Shown piece by piece: positions 45,434 through 58,507 of a stretch of DNA of 64,000 nt. The DNA is taken from NCBI GenBank assembly GCA_950097015.1, contig CATNEN010000039.1:4278001-4342000 (forward strand). The letters run 5' to 3'. This DNA is from Macrostomum hystrix (Eukaryota > Animalia > Platyhelminthes). The translations under genes were made by a program, and so were the position numbers. Each line of letters begins with the position of its first letter. Within the stretch, counting starts at the first letter, position 1. The notes below the pieces were generated by a model that saw nothing but the letters and a program-made list of their open reading frames with translations, was not told the origin of the DNA and made no database searches.

Positions 45434-47920
45434 ACAGCAGCAGCAGCAACAGAGACAGCAGCTGATGCAGCCGCAACTGCAGCTGCAACAGATGAGCTTC
45501 AGCTCGAGTGAAGATGAACAGCGAGCCAGCTCCGACGCAGCCAGTTGGGACGATGCGGATGCCGAGCGCGGCAGTGAGAAAGACGTTTTATTGTTAGAAG
45601 TTTTAGAGTTCAAAATGTTAACTTAAGCTTCTTAAAGCCTAATGAAAACTTCTTGCAATCGTTTTTGCTTTTAATTATTCGAAATAATGATGTAGTTTTT
45701 ACTATATTTTAATCATATGCGCTCTATGGCCTAAATGTACTATATCTCCATTTCCAGGTGGCGACAGACGATGCCAAGCTGCAATCGATGCCAAAGTGAA
45801 AAATTTCCTATCCGTGAGTTTCGTCCGCTAGTTTCGTCCACTTTATAACACTTTTCGGGCAGCGAAAAAACCAAGCAAAATATAATGAAGTGAGGAATAG
45901 ATAATCGAGCAAGAATAAAAGACATAATTGAGCTAGGGGTTGAGAGTAGACAAGAGAGGGCGGAGATTTGACAAGAGAGGGTGGGGAGTAGGCAAGAGAG
46001 GGTGGGGAGTAGGCAAGAGAGAGTGGGGAGTAGACAAGAGAGGGTGGGGAGTAGGCAAGAGAGGGTGGGGAGTAGAGAAGAGAGGGTGGGGAGTAGACAA
46101 GAGAGGGTGGGGAGTAGGCAAGAGAGGGTGGGGAGTAGGCAAGAGAGGGTGGGGAGTAGACAAGAGAGGGTGGGGAGTAGACAAGAGAGGGTGGGGAGTA
46201 GGCAAGAGAGGGTGGGGAGTAGACAAGAGAGGGTCGGGAGTAGACAAGAGAGGGTGGGGAGTAGACAAGATAGGGTGGGGAGTAGGCAAGAGAGGGTGGG
46301 GAGTAGGCAAGAGAGGGTGGGGAGTAGACAAGATAGGGTGGGGAGTAGACAAGATAGGGTGGGGAGTAGACAAGATAGGGTGGGGAGTAGACAAGATAGG
46401 GTGGGGAGTAGACAAGAGAGGGCGGAGACTTGAAAAGAGAGGGTGGGGAGTAGAAAAGAGAGGGTGGGGAGTAGACGAGTGAGGTTGACAGTAGATAAAT
46501 GACAAAATACGTTATATAAATGACAGAAGAGGGTAGATAAATGACAGAATATGGTAGGTCAATGACAGAAGAGGGTAGATAAATGACAGAAGAGGGTAGA
46601 TAAATGACAGAAGAGGGTAGATAAATGACAGAATATGGTAGGTCAATGACAGAAGAGGGTAGATAAATGACAGAAGAGGGTAGATAAATGACAGAAGAGG
46701 GTAGATAAATGACAGAAGAGGGTAGATAAATGACAGAAGAGGGTAGATAAATGACAGAAGAGGGTAGATAAATGACAGAATATGGTAGGTCAATGACAGA
46801 AGAAGGTAGATAAATGACAGAAGAGGGTAGATAAATGACAGAAGAGGGTAGATAAATGACAGAATATGGTAGGTCAATGACAGAAGAAGGTAGATAAATG
46901 ACAGAAGAGGGTAGATAAATGACAGAAGAGGGTAGATAAATAGTAGAGGGTTAATAAACTACTGAAGTAGTGTGTAGAAGATCTTTGCGGATAATTTCTA
47001 GTTTATCATTCTTGTGACTGACACTTGTGGCTTCCATTTCCATCGCCAGCACCCGGTCACGTGGCAAATGTCGTCCGATGGACGGCGCCTCATTGGGCAC
47101 ATGCTGCTGACGAAGGATGTAGACGCAAGAGGCAACGCACTCGACCTGGGTAAGTGGGATGGGGGACATGAGCGGAGATGCTGTTAACCACGTTTAGTTT
47201 CGAATCTGATCAATCAAAACTGCAATTGCTATCAATTAATTCTCACCTGATCAGTCAAAACTGTCATTAGTATCAATTAATTCTCACCTTAACAGTCAAA
47301 GCTGTCACTGTTATGACTGAATTCTCACCTGAACAATAAAAACTGCCAATTGTATCAATTAATTCTCACCTGATCAATAAAAAGACACAACTATCCAGTG
47401 TTTCTGACCTGGTCAGTCAACACTGTCGCTGCTATCAATTATTTTTCACCCGATGAATCAAAACTGCCATTGCTATCAGTTCCTTACCTGACGCACCAAC
47501 CTCACCTGATATCGAGCATCCACTGCCTGATCCATCTGCCTAGGTGTGAAGGTGATCGGGGGTCGAGTGACCCTGTCTGGCAGGCTGGGCGCCTTCATCA
47601 CGAAGGTGAAGCCGGGCAGTGTGGCGGACCGTGTTGGCAAGCTCCGGCCAGACGACGAGGTTCTGGAGTGGAACAGCCGCTCGCTGAAGGGCCTCACCTT
47701 CGAGGATGTCTATGGCCTTCTGGTTGAGTGCAAAAGCGACCGGCAGATTGAGCTCATTGTGCAGCGGATGTTGGTGTGAGTAGAAAGTTTTCAAGATCCC
47801 CTATCATTGTGTATTTCATTTTTATTGGACATTCCTGCCAGTAAATTATGCTGATAAAACTTGCAGAGATGTCAATCAGGGATCTGGCACCAGCAGCGCA
47901 GCTTTACATCAGCAGCGACC

Positions 47921-47957
<37 letters not shown>

Positions 47958-50900
47958 CAACAGCAGCAGCAGCAGCAACAGCAGCCACTTGCGCCTCTAA
48001 ATTTTCAACGACTTCATCAACAAGAGGACTTCATGGGTGAGTTCAATCAAACAGATTTACTCATGTGTCAGATAGAGCTACAATCGAGTGTCAGATAGAG
48101 CTATTATCGAGTGTCAGATAGTGCTACAATCGAGTGTCAGATAGAGCTACAATCGAGTGTCAGATAGAGCTATTATCGAGTGTCAGATAGTGCTACAATC
48201 GAGTGTCAGATAGTGCTACAATCGAGTGTCAGATAGAGCTATTATCGAGTGTCAGATAGAGCTATTATCGAGTGTCAGATAGAGCTATTATCGAGTGTCA
48301 GATAGAGCTATTATCGAGTGTCAGATAGTGCTACAATCGAGTTTCAGATAGTGCTACAATCGAGTGTCAAATAGTGCTACAATCGAGTGTCAAATAGTGC
48401 TACAATCGAGTGTCAGATAGTGCTACAATCGAGTGTCAAATAGTGCTACAATCGAGTGTCAAATAGTGCTACAATCGAGTGTCAGATAGTGCTACAATCG
48501 AGTGTCAGATAGAGCTACAATCGAGTGTCAGATAGAGCTATTATCGAGTGTCAGATAGTGCTACAATCGAGTGTCAGATAGTGCTACAATCGAGTGTCAG
48601 ATAGAGCTATTATCGAGTGTCAGATAGAGCTATTATCGAGTGTCAGATAGTGCTACAATCGAGTGTCAGATAGTGCTACAATCGAGTGTCAGATAGTGCT
48701 ACAATCGAGTGTCAGATAGTGCTACAATCGAGTGTCAAATAGTGCTACAATCGAGTGTCAGATAGTGCTACAATCGAGTGTCAAATAGTGCTACAATCGA
48801 GTGTCAGATAGAGCTATTATCGAGTGTCAGTGCTACAATCGAGTGTTAGATAGAGCTATTATCGAGTGTCAGATAGAGCTATTATCGAGTGTCAGATAGA
48901 GCTATTATCGAGTGTCAGATAGACCTATTATCGAGTGTCAGATAGAGCTATTATCGAGTGTCAGATAGTGGCATAAAAGGGGGTCAGACAGTGCCACTAT
49001 GGGGTATCATAAAATGTTTGCTCGTCTCCAACTCGTCAGGTGGAGTCGTGGCGCCAGCAACTGCTCCGCCGGTGGCCGGCCGGATCCCCACAATGCGCAT
49101 CACTCGGACAGCCTCCCAGGACATGGCCGGCGCATACTCAGCGTCGGTTGTTCCTTCGTCGCGTTTTATTTTAACGGCCGGCCGAATTCAGCTGCGGCTC
49201 TGGATGGATCCCAGCGCCGGCCAACTCGTCTGCTGCCTCATGTCTGCCTTCGGGTTGGCGCCGTCAGCTCCTGACGGAGCGCCACCCAGCGCGTTTGCGG
49301 TGTTGTACCTGCTGCCGGAGATTGGGTGAGCTGAACCAACTAGATCCATGGCTTCACTGGCTTCCTAATTTAGATAAAAAGATCTACTACGAGTACTTGT
49401 AAAGTTTTGCCATGCACATGTAGATACTTCGTATAATTTGTAACATGAAAAACAGAATGACATAAAAGCAGCGTCGGTATTATACGAGTTCCTTGAACTG
49501 AAACGAATAGGGGCAGACCATAGACTTAAAAAATGGATTAGAAGTCCATGGGCAGGCAGAGCGGAGAGAAAAATAAGAGGGAAAACCCTGGCCGGGGCGA
49601 ATGCGACGGGAGGTTAAAGCGACCGATAAATAAAGGGTTAAGGAAAACTAAAGGGGTTCGGGCTACGACTCGCGCTGGGAAGGGGTTTACGAAAATCGAT
49701 AATAGATCGCGTGGACGGCGCTACATGCAGACAGCAGCGCGGGCTTTTGATTTATAAATAAATAATAATTCTGAAAGTCAATGAAATGGCCCTTTCATGT
49801 TCAGCATCAGCAATGTTGTGAACATTCCAAGCAAGATTGGCCTTTTTGACTCGCCCGCAGGCGAAACCGCCAGTCTAAGGTGGTGCCGTTTTCCTGTGAT
49901 CCCCAATGGAACCAGTCGTTTACCTTCGCCCCGGTGACGCAAGAGTTCATTGCCACCGCCAGCCTGCAGATTGAGGTCATCGACTCAGATGACACAAACG
50001 GCAACGAGCTCATTGGAGAGGTCAGTGAACTGAGTTTTATAAATAAACCTTGTTAAATTTATTAACTTAATTCAAATTATAAGTTTCAATCCCGATTGCC
50101 AATGCTTGCAGACCACGCTGATTTTGATGGAGTGCGAATTGAACAATGAGCCGGCCTGGTACAACCTGAACACAGGCCGAAGCGAGTCAGATGCGCAAAC
50201 TCCGGTGAGCTATGCACTCATTGATCCCGTGACGCTAATATTCTTACTTCTGTATTTTTAATTCGAAATTACCAAAACATTCAGATTTTTCTAACTTATT
50301 AGCTGTAATTTTGATGGTTAGAAAGGTTCTCGCACCAAGGTCCCTGAGCTCGATTCCGCCATTGACCACATTTGTTTCGGGCGCAGCCGCGGAGAGAAGC
50401 TAGCAGGAGTTTCTAATGCAGTTTACGCCCACGAGAGATAAAATCCCATGAAGGCACAGTGAGAGTGTCCACTGCCTGTTGATGGGCCTGCGTACGGTAT
50501 CTGTGTGCGTACGGTATCTGTGTGCGTACGGTATCTGTGTGCGTACGGTACCAGTGTGCGTACGGTATCTGTGTGCGTACGGTACCAGTGTGCGTACGGT
50601 ATCTGTGTGCGTACGGTATCTGTGTGCGTACGGTACCAGTGTGCGTACGGTATCTGTGTGCGTACGGTACCAGTGTGCGAACGGTATCTGTGTGCGTACG
50701 GTATCTGTGTGCGTACGGTACCAGTGTGCGTACGGTATCTGTGTGCGTTCGGTATCTGTGTGCGTACGGTATCTGTGTGCGTACGGTACCAGTGTGCGTA
50801 CGGTATCTGTGTGCGTACGGTATCTGTGTGCGTACGGTATCTGTGTGCGTACGGTATCTGTGTGCATACGGTATCTGTGTGCGTACGGTACCAGTGTGCG

Positions 50901-53877
50901 TACGGTATCTGTGTGCGTACGGTATCTGTGTGCGTACGGTACCAGTGTGCGTACGGTATCTGTGTGCGTACGGTATCTGTGTGCGTACGCTATATTGATT
51001 ATTTTTTTTCACGCAGTTTACATTTAAACTACATACTCGTACATTTTGACCTCTACTTACTATATTCGACAAAAAAGTATGCCTATAAACTTTCAATAAA
51101 ATTTTGCTATACTTTTGCAGACGTTTCGCGGCGACTTCGCAGACTCCTTCCCCTATGGTGAGTTACTTTTGCCAATCTCTTGTCCCAATTGTAAGCACAA
51201 GTCGATTAAGCTCTTATTACTCGTACTTCTAACTCTCCAATTGAAAATCTGAAATCCCCGATGCAATTCAGTCAATGCAGGCGTCGGCGGCCGCAGGTTC
51301 CAGCGCACCCCGTCGGATGTCGGCTTCGACCCCACTGGTAGAACCCTGTCGCCGACTAGCAGCGACTTCGGCAGCTTCAACAGCTACGGCGACAAGCGTC
51401 GTCTACCAGGGCTGCCGCCGCCGCAGTCGTCGGTCCTGGCAATGGGCAGGGGCGGTGTGGGTGCCGGCCACCTGTACGATCAGCGCTCGGCCAGCCCAGC
51501 AGCGTCCGAGTGCTACACCTCCAGGCCGCAGCATCGACGCATGTCGGACGAGTTTCGAAACGATCGGCATCACAGTTATCGGCAGCAGCAGCAGCAGCAC
51601 CACCCTAGGTACTATGCTAACTATCATCATCAGCAGCAGCAGCAGCAGCCTTCGTATCGTCGTCGACCAGGCGCTCCGGACACTGAGGAGGGAGGCGGCA
51701 GCGACGTTTCAGAGAACTCGGACGCCTCCGAGCTGTCCAAGTTGTCCGTGGTGTCTACGCAGAGCGAGAGGCCGCGCATGATGCGAGGTGGCGCGGCGGC
51801 TGCGGCGGCTGCGGCGGCAGCTGCGGCAGCTGCGGCAGTTGTTGGTAGCGGTGGAGCGTCGCGTTCATCGACTTCGGCGACAGCTTCCGCCTCGATGATG
51901 GCTCCAGGCTCGGCTGCTGCACGAAAGATCTCGGCTCAGGGCGACATCGGCGGTGGCAGGGGTGCGGAGCGAACGAGACGGTCAAGTGGAACGGGGCACC
52001 GGTTTAGCAGCTTGATCCCGGGCCTGGGCAGGAAGAGCAACAGTACCACCAACCTGCAGGGTGAGGCTTGGCCGCGGCTTGTCCGCTTTGATAACTCTAA
52101 TCTACTCAAAGTTTTAACTAAGTCAGGGGCGGTTGTTAAGGGTTTAAGGAAAAAATGGGCCGTGGTGCACCAATTGATGACTAACCCTTCCCGAATTCCC
52201 TTGGTGCTCGTACGAGTATATCCTCATCTGTGGCGCACTAAATTCCTCGTGGCACTTCCTTCGAATCCCCGGTGGTGCTCCCAAATCCTCAGCGGTTCTC
52301 CCAAATCCTCAGCGGCGCTCCCAAATCCTAAGTGGCGCTACCCAATGCATCGTGACGCCCACAATGTCGCGGCCCCTACCCACCAATTAAAAATGCTGGC
52401 TACGCCTCTGAACAGCTAGGAGTGCAGCTAAGCAAACTCACCGTTGCTTACAAAACTGCCCTGCAGCAGACCGCAGGCACAAAACCTCAATTCAGCGCTC
52501 TGAGGAGGTGCTGCCGGTGCACATGACCCTGGCTGCTGGCGGCATTCCCGGCGGCTACTTCGGCGCCGTCGGTCCGGACCCGATGGCGTCTGGCGTCAGC
52601 CGCTCAGGCCGGCCCTACGGCGGCGGCTCCCGGGAGGGCAGCGTCGCCAGTCTCGACCCGTCAGCGTAAGAGACTCACGGCCTAACTGTATCTCACAGCA
52701 TCACACAACTACACACCAACAAGCAGTCAAGAAATCACCAACTATTTGTGTCAAAACTCAAACCAACTCATTCCAATCACGCTAACTCACACCAACTCAC
52801 ATCACCTCATTCTAATTCACGCCAACTCACATCAACTCATTCCAATCCACACCAACTCGCGCTAACTCCCGTCAACTTCAGCGCTGCTCTTACCGAGTTC
52901 GTGGAGGGTCTTGGTCCGGGCCAGCTTGTTGGGCGGCAGGTGCTCGGCGCTCCCTGCCTGGGCGAGATCCAGCTGGGCCTGTTTAATCGCAAAGGTCATT
53001 TGGAAGTCGAGGTGATACGCGCTCGAGGACTCTACGCTAAAAAGGGCACCAAACTGCTACCTGCGCCCTATGTGAAAGTCTACATGCTTGAGGGTCGCAA
53101 CTGCGTCGAGAAGCAGAAAACGACCGTGACCAGACGGACACTTGACCCGCTTTATCAGCAGCAACTGTTGTTTTTGGAAGACTTTCGTGGCAAGATTTTG
53201 CAGGTATAGTCCATTATTATTAAAAGCATGTCCATCCGATTCAGAAGTCTTTTTTGCTCAGACCAGCTATTCATATCAGTAAACACATCACCCCATTTTT
53301 CAAACTAGTTTGTCTCTTCGGGAAATCTAACTTCCCATTCTTCGCACCAGGCAGTCCATTTATCTAGCCCACCACCTCATTCTTCACACCAACCATAAAA
53401 GTTAACAAAACCACCACCCCATTCTTCGCACCAGGCAGTCCATTTATCTAGCCCACCACCTCATTCTTCACACCAACCATAAAAGTTAACAAAACCATCA
53501 CCTCATTCTTCGCACCAGTGCCTGGTGGGTTAACAAACCCCATTATCAATGCCAGACAGTCTATAAATAGGAAACCCACCGCCCCATTCCTCACCTGATC
53601 AGACCATTTTTATGACTCCACCGCATTCATCACCAACCTCGTCCTCATTAACTCCGATGATCAGGTGACAGTCTGGGGTGAGTGCGGCCGCATTGAAAGC
53701 AAAGCCTTCATGGGCGTCTGCCAGATTCTATTGGACGATCTAGACCTGTCCAACATCGTCATCGGCTGGTACAAATTATATCCGACGTCCTCTTTGGCGC
53801 ACAACCATCAGAGGCGCTCTTCGAACACCTCCTCGATAGACACGGTATCTGTGGCAGCCTCCCTGCCGCCTAGGTAG
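40926..53877 (+). CDS. RIM: RIM/UNC-10 presynaptic active-zone protein; 15 exons: 40926-41279, 44201-44568, 44972-45573, 45758-45813, 47050-47149, 47544-47775, 47867-48036, 49040-49325, 49861-50020, 50112-50204, 51121-51157, 51281-52060, 52467-52665, 52882-53203, 53665-53877 (~1323 aa; further 5' exons possible)
   Basis: Zn finger (CQVC..CHYC..CARCG / WVCANC); DAKVKNFLS-HPVTWQ..LIGHMLL; PDZ GVKVIGG..GAFITKVKPGSVAD; C2A; KRRLPGLP (RIM-BP-type PxxP); QRSEEVLP; C2B FVEGLGPGQLVGRQVL..PAPYVKVY..TLDPLYQQ..IGWYKL. All junctions are GT-AG and in phase; AATAAA at ~53935. Confidence 0.92.
42060..43432. repeat. 20-bp pyrimidine-rich minisatellite with a ~545-bp higher-order duplication (RIM intron 1)
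   Basis: Unit ctccgatcctctcccatctt; identical variant strings and spurious ORFs recur with a 545-bp offset (42362 vs 42907; 42462 vs 43007). Confidence 0.95.
45935..46942. repeat. Two adjacent purine-rich 21-bp minisatellites (RIM intron 4)
   Basis: gggtggggagtagacaagaga (~45935-46480) followed by gggtagataaatgacagaaga (~46490-46942). Confidence 0.95.
47205..47490. repeat. Degenerate ~41-bp tandem repeat (RIM intron 5)
   Basis: Recurring tcacctgatcaRtcaaaactg...tatcaattaattc. Confidence 0.75.
48065..48970. repeat. 23-bp minisatellite (RIM intron 7)
   Basis: Unit gtgtcagatag(t/a)gcta(ca/tt)atcga. Confidence 0.95.
50315..50990 (+). mobile_element. SINE family A 5' half running into a 17-bp minisatellite derived from its own internal sequence (RIM intron 10)
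   Basis: Head tctcgcaccaaggtccctgagctcgattccg...ggcgcagccgcggagagaag...ccactgcctg, then about 29 copies of gtacggtatctgtgtgc (50489-50990), a motif present once in intact copies. Confidence 0.85.
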
Positions 53878-54060
53878 CGTCTGAGCACACCGATAGAAAA
53901 GAAAATGCGACTATAAGTGACAAAACCGAATTAGAATAAAAAGTGCTGTTTTGTTCAAATTTGGCGCCAAAATATAGAAATTAAAATGGCGCCAAAATTG
54001 GGAACTGAGAGATCGGATGGAATATTCATGAATTACTCATCCGACCCCGCAAATCAAAAG

Positions 54061-54797
54061 ATTTATTCCGCAGTTGGATTGGCCCATAGACCAGATAAAT
54101 ACGTATATTAATTTGGCCGATGAAATTTATCTCGCCGGGACAGATAAATAGTTATCTGGCTTCGACTGTGGGATAAATGTATAATATTTCCCATTTATTT
54201 CGGCTCCCTGGGATGGAAGGCTCGAGGCGCAAATTTATTGACCGAGGCGTCGAGGCGAAGCCGAGGTCAATGAATGTCGCACCGAGTGCCTTTCCAACCT
54301 AGACAGCCGAAATAAATGTGAAATATGGTATGTATTCCTCGTTTGCCCGCCAACATTGATTGCACTTTTATGGTTTGTGTACGAGCGTATAAGCTCTGAC
54401 TCTCTTTCTCTCTCGGACTCTGTCCATAGTCTATGGTAAAAAGCAGACCTGTTTGAAGAAGAAGCGTCTGTGGTAAAAAGTGTACACTATGCGTGTAAGG
54501 CTAGAAAGGCTGTCTGAGCTATGGCTAGCTTTGAGCTACGTTCTTTTTATTCCCCCCAGACGTCTGTGAGTTGTCCATGGTAAACGTTTCGTTTATCCGC
54601 CCGGGCGAGCGGGAAATAAATCATTTATTTCCCGGGGCAAATAAATGAAATGCTTTAACACCTAGACTGAGTTGGCGGGCCAACGGGGAATACTACATTA
54701 ACACCGACTTGTTAGACTTATCTATGGCCGAAAACGTCTTCGAATAAACGAGTCCTGAGCCGTTCACGGACAAAAGAAATAAAAAGATGGGTGATAA
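54061..54797. mobile_element. Chain of four inverted-repeat-bounded cassettes (A 54061-54178, B 54184-54326, C 54333-54692, D 54698-54797); putative non-autonomous Crypton derivatives
   Basis: Each module has its own ~10-22-bp terminal IR and is separated from the next by 5-6 bp. A and D are homologous to sequence at 59995-60204 beside the tyrosine recombinase gene. Confidence 0.7.
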
Positions 54798-55694
54798 CTT
54801 ATACTTATTTGTCATGCACTGAATTGCATAACTTTCATCCTTTTTGACACAAACTATAAATTGAATTGGTCACACCAGTAAAAAAAGTTAATGTTTCAAA
54901 ATTTTGGTTGAGATTAAAATTGCTGTTAAACAAGTCTAATCAATGATTAAAAACGCGACCAAAACAAACAAACAAATTTTAAAAAACAGATGTCCGGGAA
55001 AACTATTCGCAGACGCGAAAAAGCATTTTGTGTCAATGCCCAGTGTCAGTCAATTAGTCAATATCAAGCAGTTTCATATTGCATAGCTTCACCTGAACTC
55101 TTCTTGTCCATCCCCGGGTTGTCCAATGCCGCGTACGAGTTTTACCAGCTAAATTATTTTTCGCTATTGTTTTTTTAATTTTCTCTAAGACTTTATTTTT
55201 TTAACTACAGCCGTGAGGATTTTTGTTAAATATGACTTATTATGAGGTCTGGAATTAGGGCTATTGTTATAGTACTTTTAGCAATGATATTTCCTATATA
55301 TTTTTGTAGTGCACTTTTGCCCTGAACGACGGGTAGGAAGTCGGCATTAGCCGGGTTGTGGCGTGCCGGGTTGTATTTAAACTTAGTTATTTCAACTAAG
55401 TTTAAATATGCATAGATTTGTCATCTTAATAATTTTGCGGGCCTCAGAAACTTTAGACAAGCAATCAGATTGTACAAATCACTGCGCATAACTACTTAGC
55501 GCCTAGTTACACCACGAAATCGGCAACTGTGTGGGTTGCGTCGTCAGAGACAAATATTTTCTTTAAAGCAATAGTTTTTGCTAAACGCACTCTCGATTAT
55601 TGGATTTATCACATATTTTTCATTGCAAACCTGCTGTGTCCTGCTATACAATGGCTTCCGATTCTATACTCTGGTTTTGAATAGAGTGCTAAAT

Positions 55695-56003
55695 AATAAA
55701 ATATAATAACTGCAGTAGGGCTGAGGGCATTGGCACATCATTTAGTGACATTTAGAGCTGCAGCCAGCGAGCAGGCGATTCTGCCCGTTTCCATGACTCT
55801 TAAGCACACACAGATACCGTTCGCAGGCACATGCTCACACAGATGTGTACATCTGCCCTGACTTTCTCATCGTCAGGCAGTGTACACTTTCACTGCACCT
55901 TGGAGGTTTGCCCTCAAGGAATTCGGCCTCGCCGCGGAATCGAGCTCAGGGACCTTGGCGCGAGAGGCAAACGCGTTGACCGCTCTCTGCCACTGAACCC
56001 CCG
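55695..56003 (-). mobile_element. SINE family A copy with internal deletion
   Basis: Reverse-complement match of tail, body and tRNA-like head (cggaatcgagctcagggacc; ctctgccactgaacccc). Confidence 0.85.
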
Positions 56004-56034
56004 AATGGAGGGCTAGATTTGAAGTTCAGGTCGA

Positions 56035-56580
56035 GGTGTGAAGTAGCTCGTAGATAAGTAGATAAGTTGTGAAGTAGATAAGAAGGTGTGAAGTTTATAG
56101 GGTGTGAAGTATATAAGGTGTGAAGTATATAAGGTGTGAAGTAGATAAGAAGGTGGGAAGTAGATAAGAAGGTTGGAAGTAGATAAGAAGGTTGGAAGTA
56201 GATAAGAAGGTGTAAAGTAGATAAGGTGTGAAATAGATAAGATGGTGTGAAGTAGATAAGAAGGTGTGAAGTATATAAGGTGTGAAGTATATAAGGTGTG
56301 AAGTAGATAAGATGGTGTGAAGTAGATAAGAAGGTGGGAAGTAGATAAGAAGGTGGGAAGTAGATAAGAAGGTGGGAAGTAGTAAGAAGGTGTGAAGTAG
56401 ATAAGGTGTGAAGTAGATAAGAAGGTGTGAAGTATATAGGGTGTGAAGTATATAAGATGGTGTGAAGTAGATAAGAAGGTGGGAAGTAGATAAGAAGGTG
56501 TGAAGTATATAAGGTGTGAAGTATATAAGGTGTGAAGTAGATAAGATGGTGTGAAGTAGATAAGAAGGTGTGAAGTAGAA
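56035..56580. repeat. 16/19-bp minisatellite
   Basis: Units ggtgtgaagtagataaga(a) and ggtgtgaagtatataa. Confidence 0.95.
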
Positions 56581-57764
56581 TTTAAGATGTAAATTTAAGC
56601 GTGAGTGATTGAATTGACGGATATTATAAGTATGAAGTATTGGGTAGTTAATAGCGGTCTCCTATTTTACGAACAGTTTAGAATGGAATGGAATTTGAAG
56701 TCCTGTAAAGCAGGCACATGGGAAGCACACATCTTTCAACCAAATTTTAGACTTTGTATTTTCCTTTGTCTCATAATTGCATACTTCTGTTTATTGCTCT
56801 GAAACAGTGTCACTCAATGCTAAAAATCCAAACTGCGATGTGAACTACTCACTGCTTGAGTCAGATGACATTTTTTGCTCTAACAACAATATTTTGCGTG
56901 CATTAAACATAATGATTATCATTTATTCCATAATCCATAGCTACATTTATTAGCAGCGACTGTTTACTGAATCATCTACTGCTTTACTGATTCATTTAAT
57001 TAGTATTATGTCACTATTGATATGACCATAGAAGGCTTACTAAATATTAGTAAATGTTATATAAGTCTTAAGTCCTTGAATTATCCTCTTTAAGCCTTTA
57101 AGCTCTGTTTACCGCTATGTAAATAAGCTATATAAGGCGCCTAGATCCAGCTTATCTTGGCGATAACAGAAGTGAACGTTTGTTATAAAATAAGCTAACA
57201 ATCAAAGCTGCACATATTAGTTTAATTACTAACAAAGAAAGCTAACTTTATAACAGTTTTTATTTTACAGTTTTTTAAATGACTCATTATAACTGTCTAT
57301 GAAATCTGTTATATCTTTAATTGCAAATACATTAGAGAGTGCAATGTTTGCGACATTAATTTCTCACCTTAATATAAAAAATATGATTATGAAAAGCAAT
57401 CGAACCCATTTATTTGGTGTTTAATCGCGTGAAAAAATCTGATCGCTTCGCAACAGACTCCGCGGCGGCAACAGCAAGTCAAACGCAAGAGTCAAAGAAT
57501 CTGATTTACGAATTTAACTATTCTCGATTTGATCACAGGAGCATTTGAGCATTCGTAGTCAGTAAATAACTAGCAGGATCTGGTCGATCTGATTTAGTTA
57601 TTATTACTAATAAGACGGACGTCGACGAAGGGTTTGGACACTATAGCTGAGACAGAATAATGCCAGGATCTACCATTGACAGCGTGCCATAATGCTCCAG
57701 TCAGAGTTTGTTGACAAGAATACAATTACGAGTATCCAACCGTCAGCGTCCAGATAATGGTGTA

Positions 57765-58100
57765 TTATTGTACCATGACCTTTTTGCCCGGCAGGCAGAA
57801 AGTCTTGCCCGTTAATGGCCATAGATGAATTAATGCTCGTTAATTTTCTTACGGGCAGTTAATAGCCATTAACCGCCCGCAAAAAGGCATCGACCAATAG
57901 GAATGGCTTACTGAGGCTAAAATGTCTATGGCACCCCGAAGTGGGGGCTCTGCCCCACAACCCCGTCACTGACTCTGAAAGTATAGCTTGGGCAAAAACG
58001 TCTATGGTACAATAAAATTGATACCCAAGCTTTGCGGGCGTCATTGAAAAATCCTCGGGCGGCTGACGGCGCCCTCTGATTTTCCATTAAAGCATGGGTA
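57765..58100. mobile_element. Two more IR-bounded cassettes (F 57765-58015, G 58022-58100) upstream of the recombinase gene
   Basis: F: ttattgtaccatgacctttttgccc ... gggcaaaaacgtctatggtacaataa. G: tacccaagcttt ... aaagcatgggta. A 6-bp spacer separates them. Confidence 0.65.
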
Positions 58101-58507
58101 ATTAATGGTATATTGTAAAACGCTCATAGCTTGCAGATAATGACGATGTCTATATGGTTATGGTAAAATCATATATTGAAGCGATGCAAGAAGCGTGCTG
58201 ATAATCGAATCGCGTGCAGATAGTGGATGTCAATGGTCCAACCTCAACATATTTTAAATAGTCGATGACTATATTTTAACTAACAATTAAATGTGACAAC
58301 CCTTTCATACCCTTCTCTCTAGCCTATTTGACGAAATTAGCATTGAGGATAGACAAAAGACATAGACCATAGACAAAACTTGCATTGCAACGCACTGTAA
58401 ATTTATATTCTGTTTTGTACTAAGGACGAAAGGTGATTGAGGCAAGCAGGGGAGAAGAGCACATGCTTAGACTAGAGAGAAATATTAACAAACCTGGAAG
58501 CCTAGAC

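Noticed and set aside
45933-46877. Repetitive ORFs (RVGSRQE, LLSFIYP)
   Set aside because: 21-bp intronic satellites; the RIM exons splice around them in phase.
50400-51161. Cys/Tyr-rich repetitive ORFs on both strands
   Set aside because: 17-bp SINE-derived satellite.
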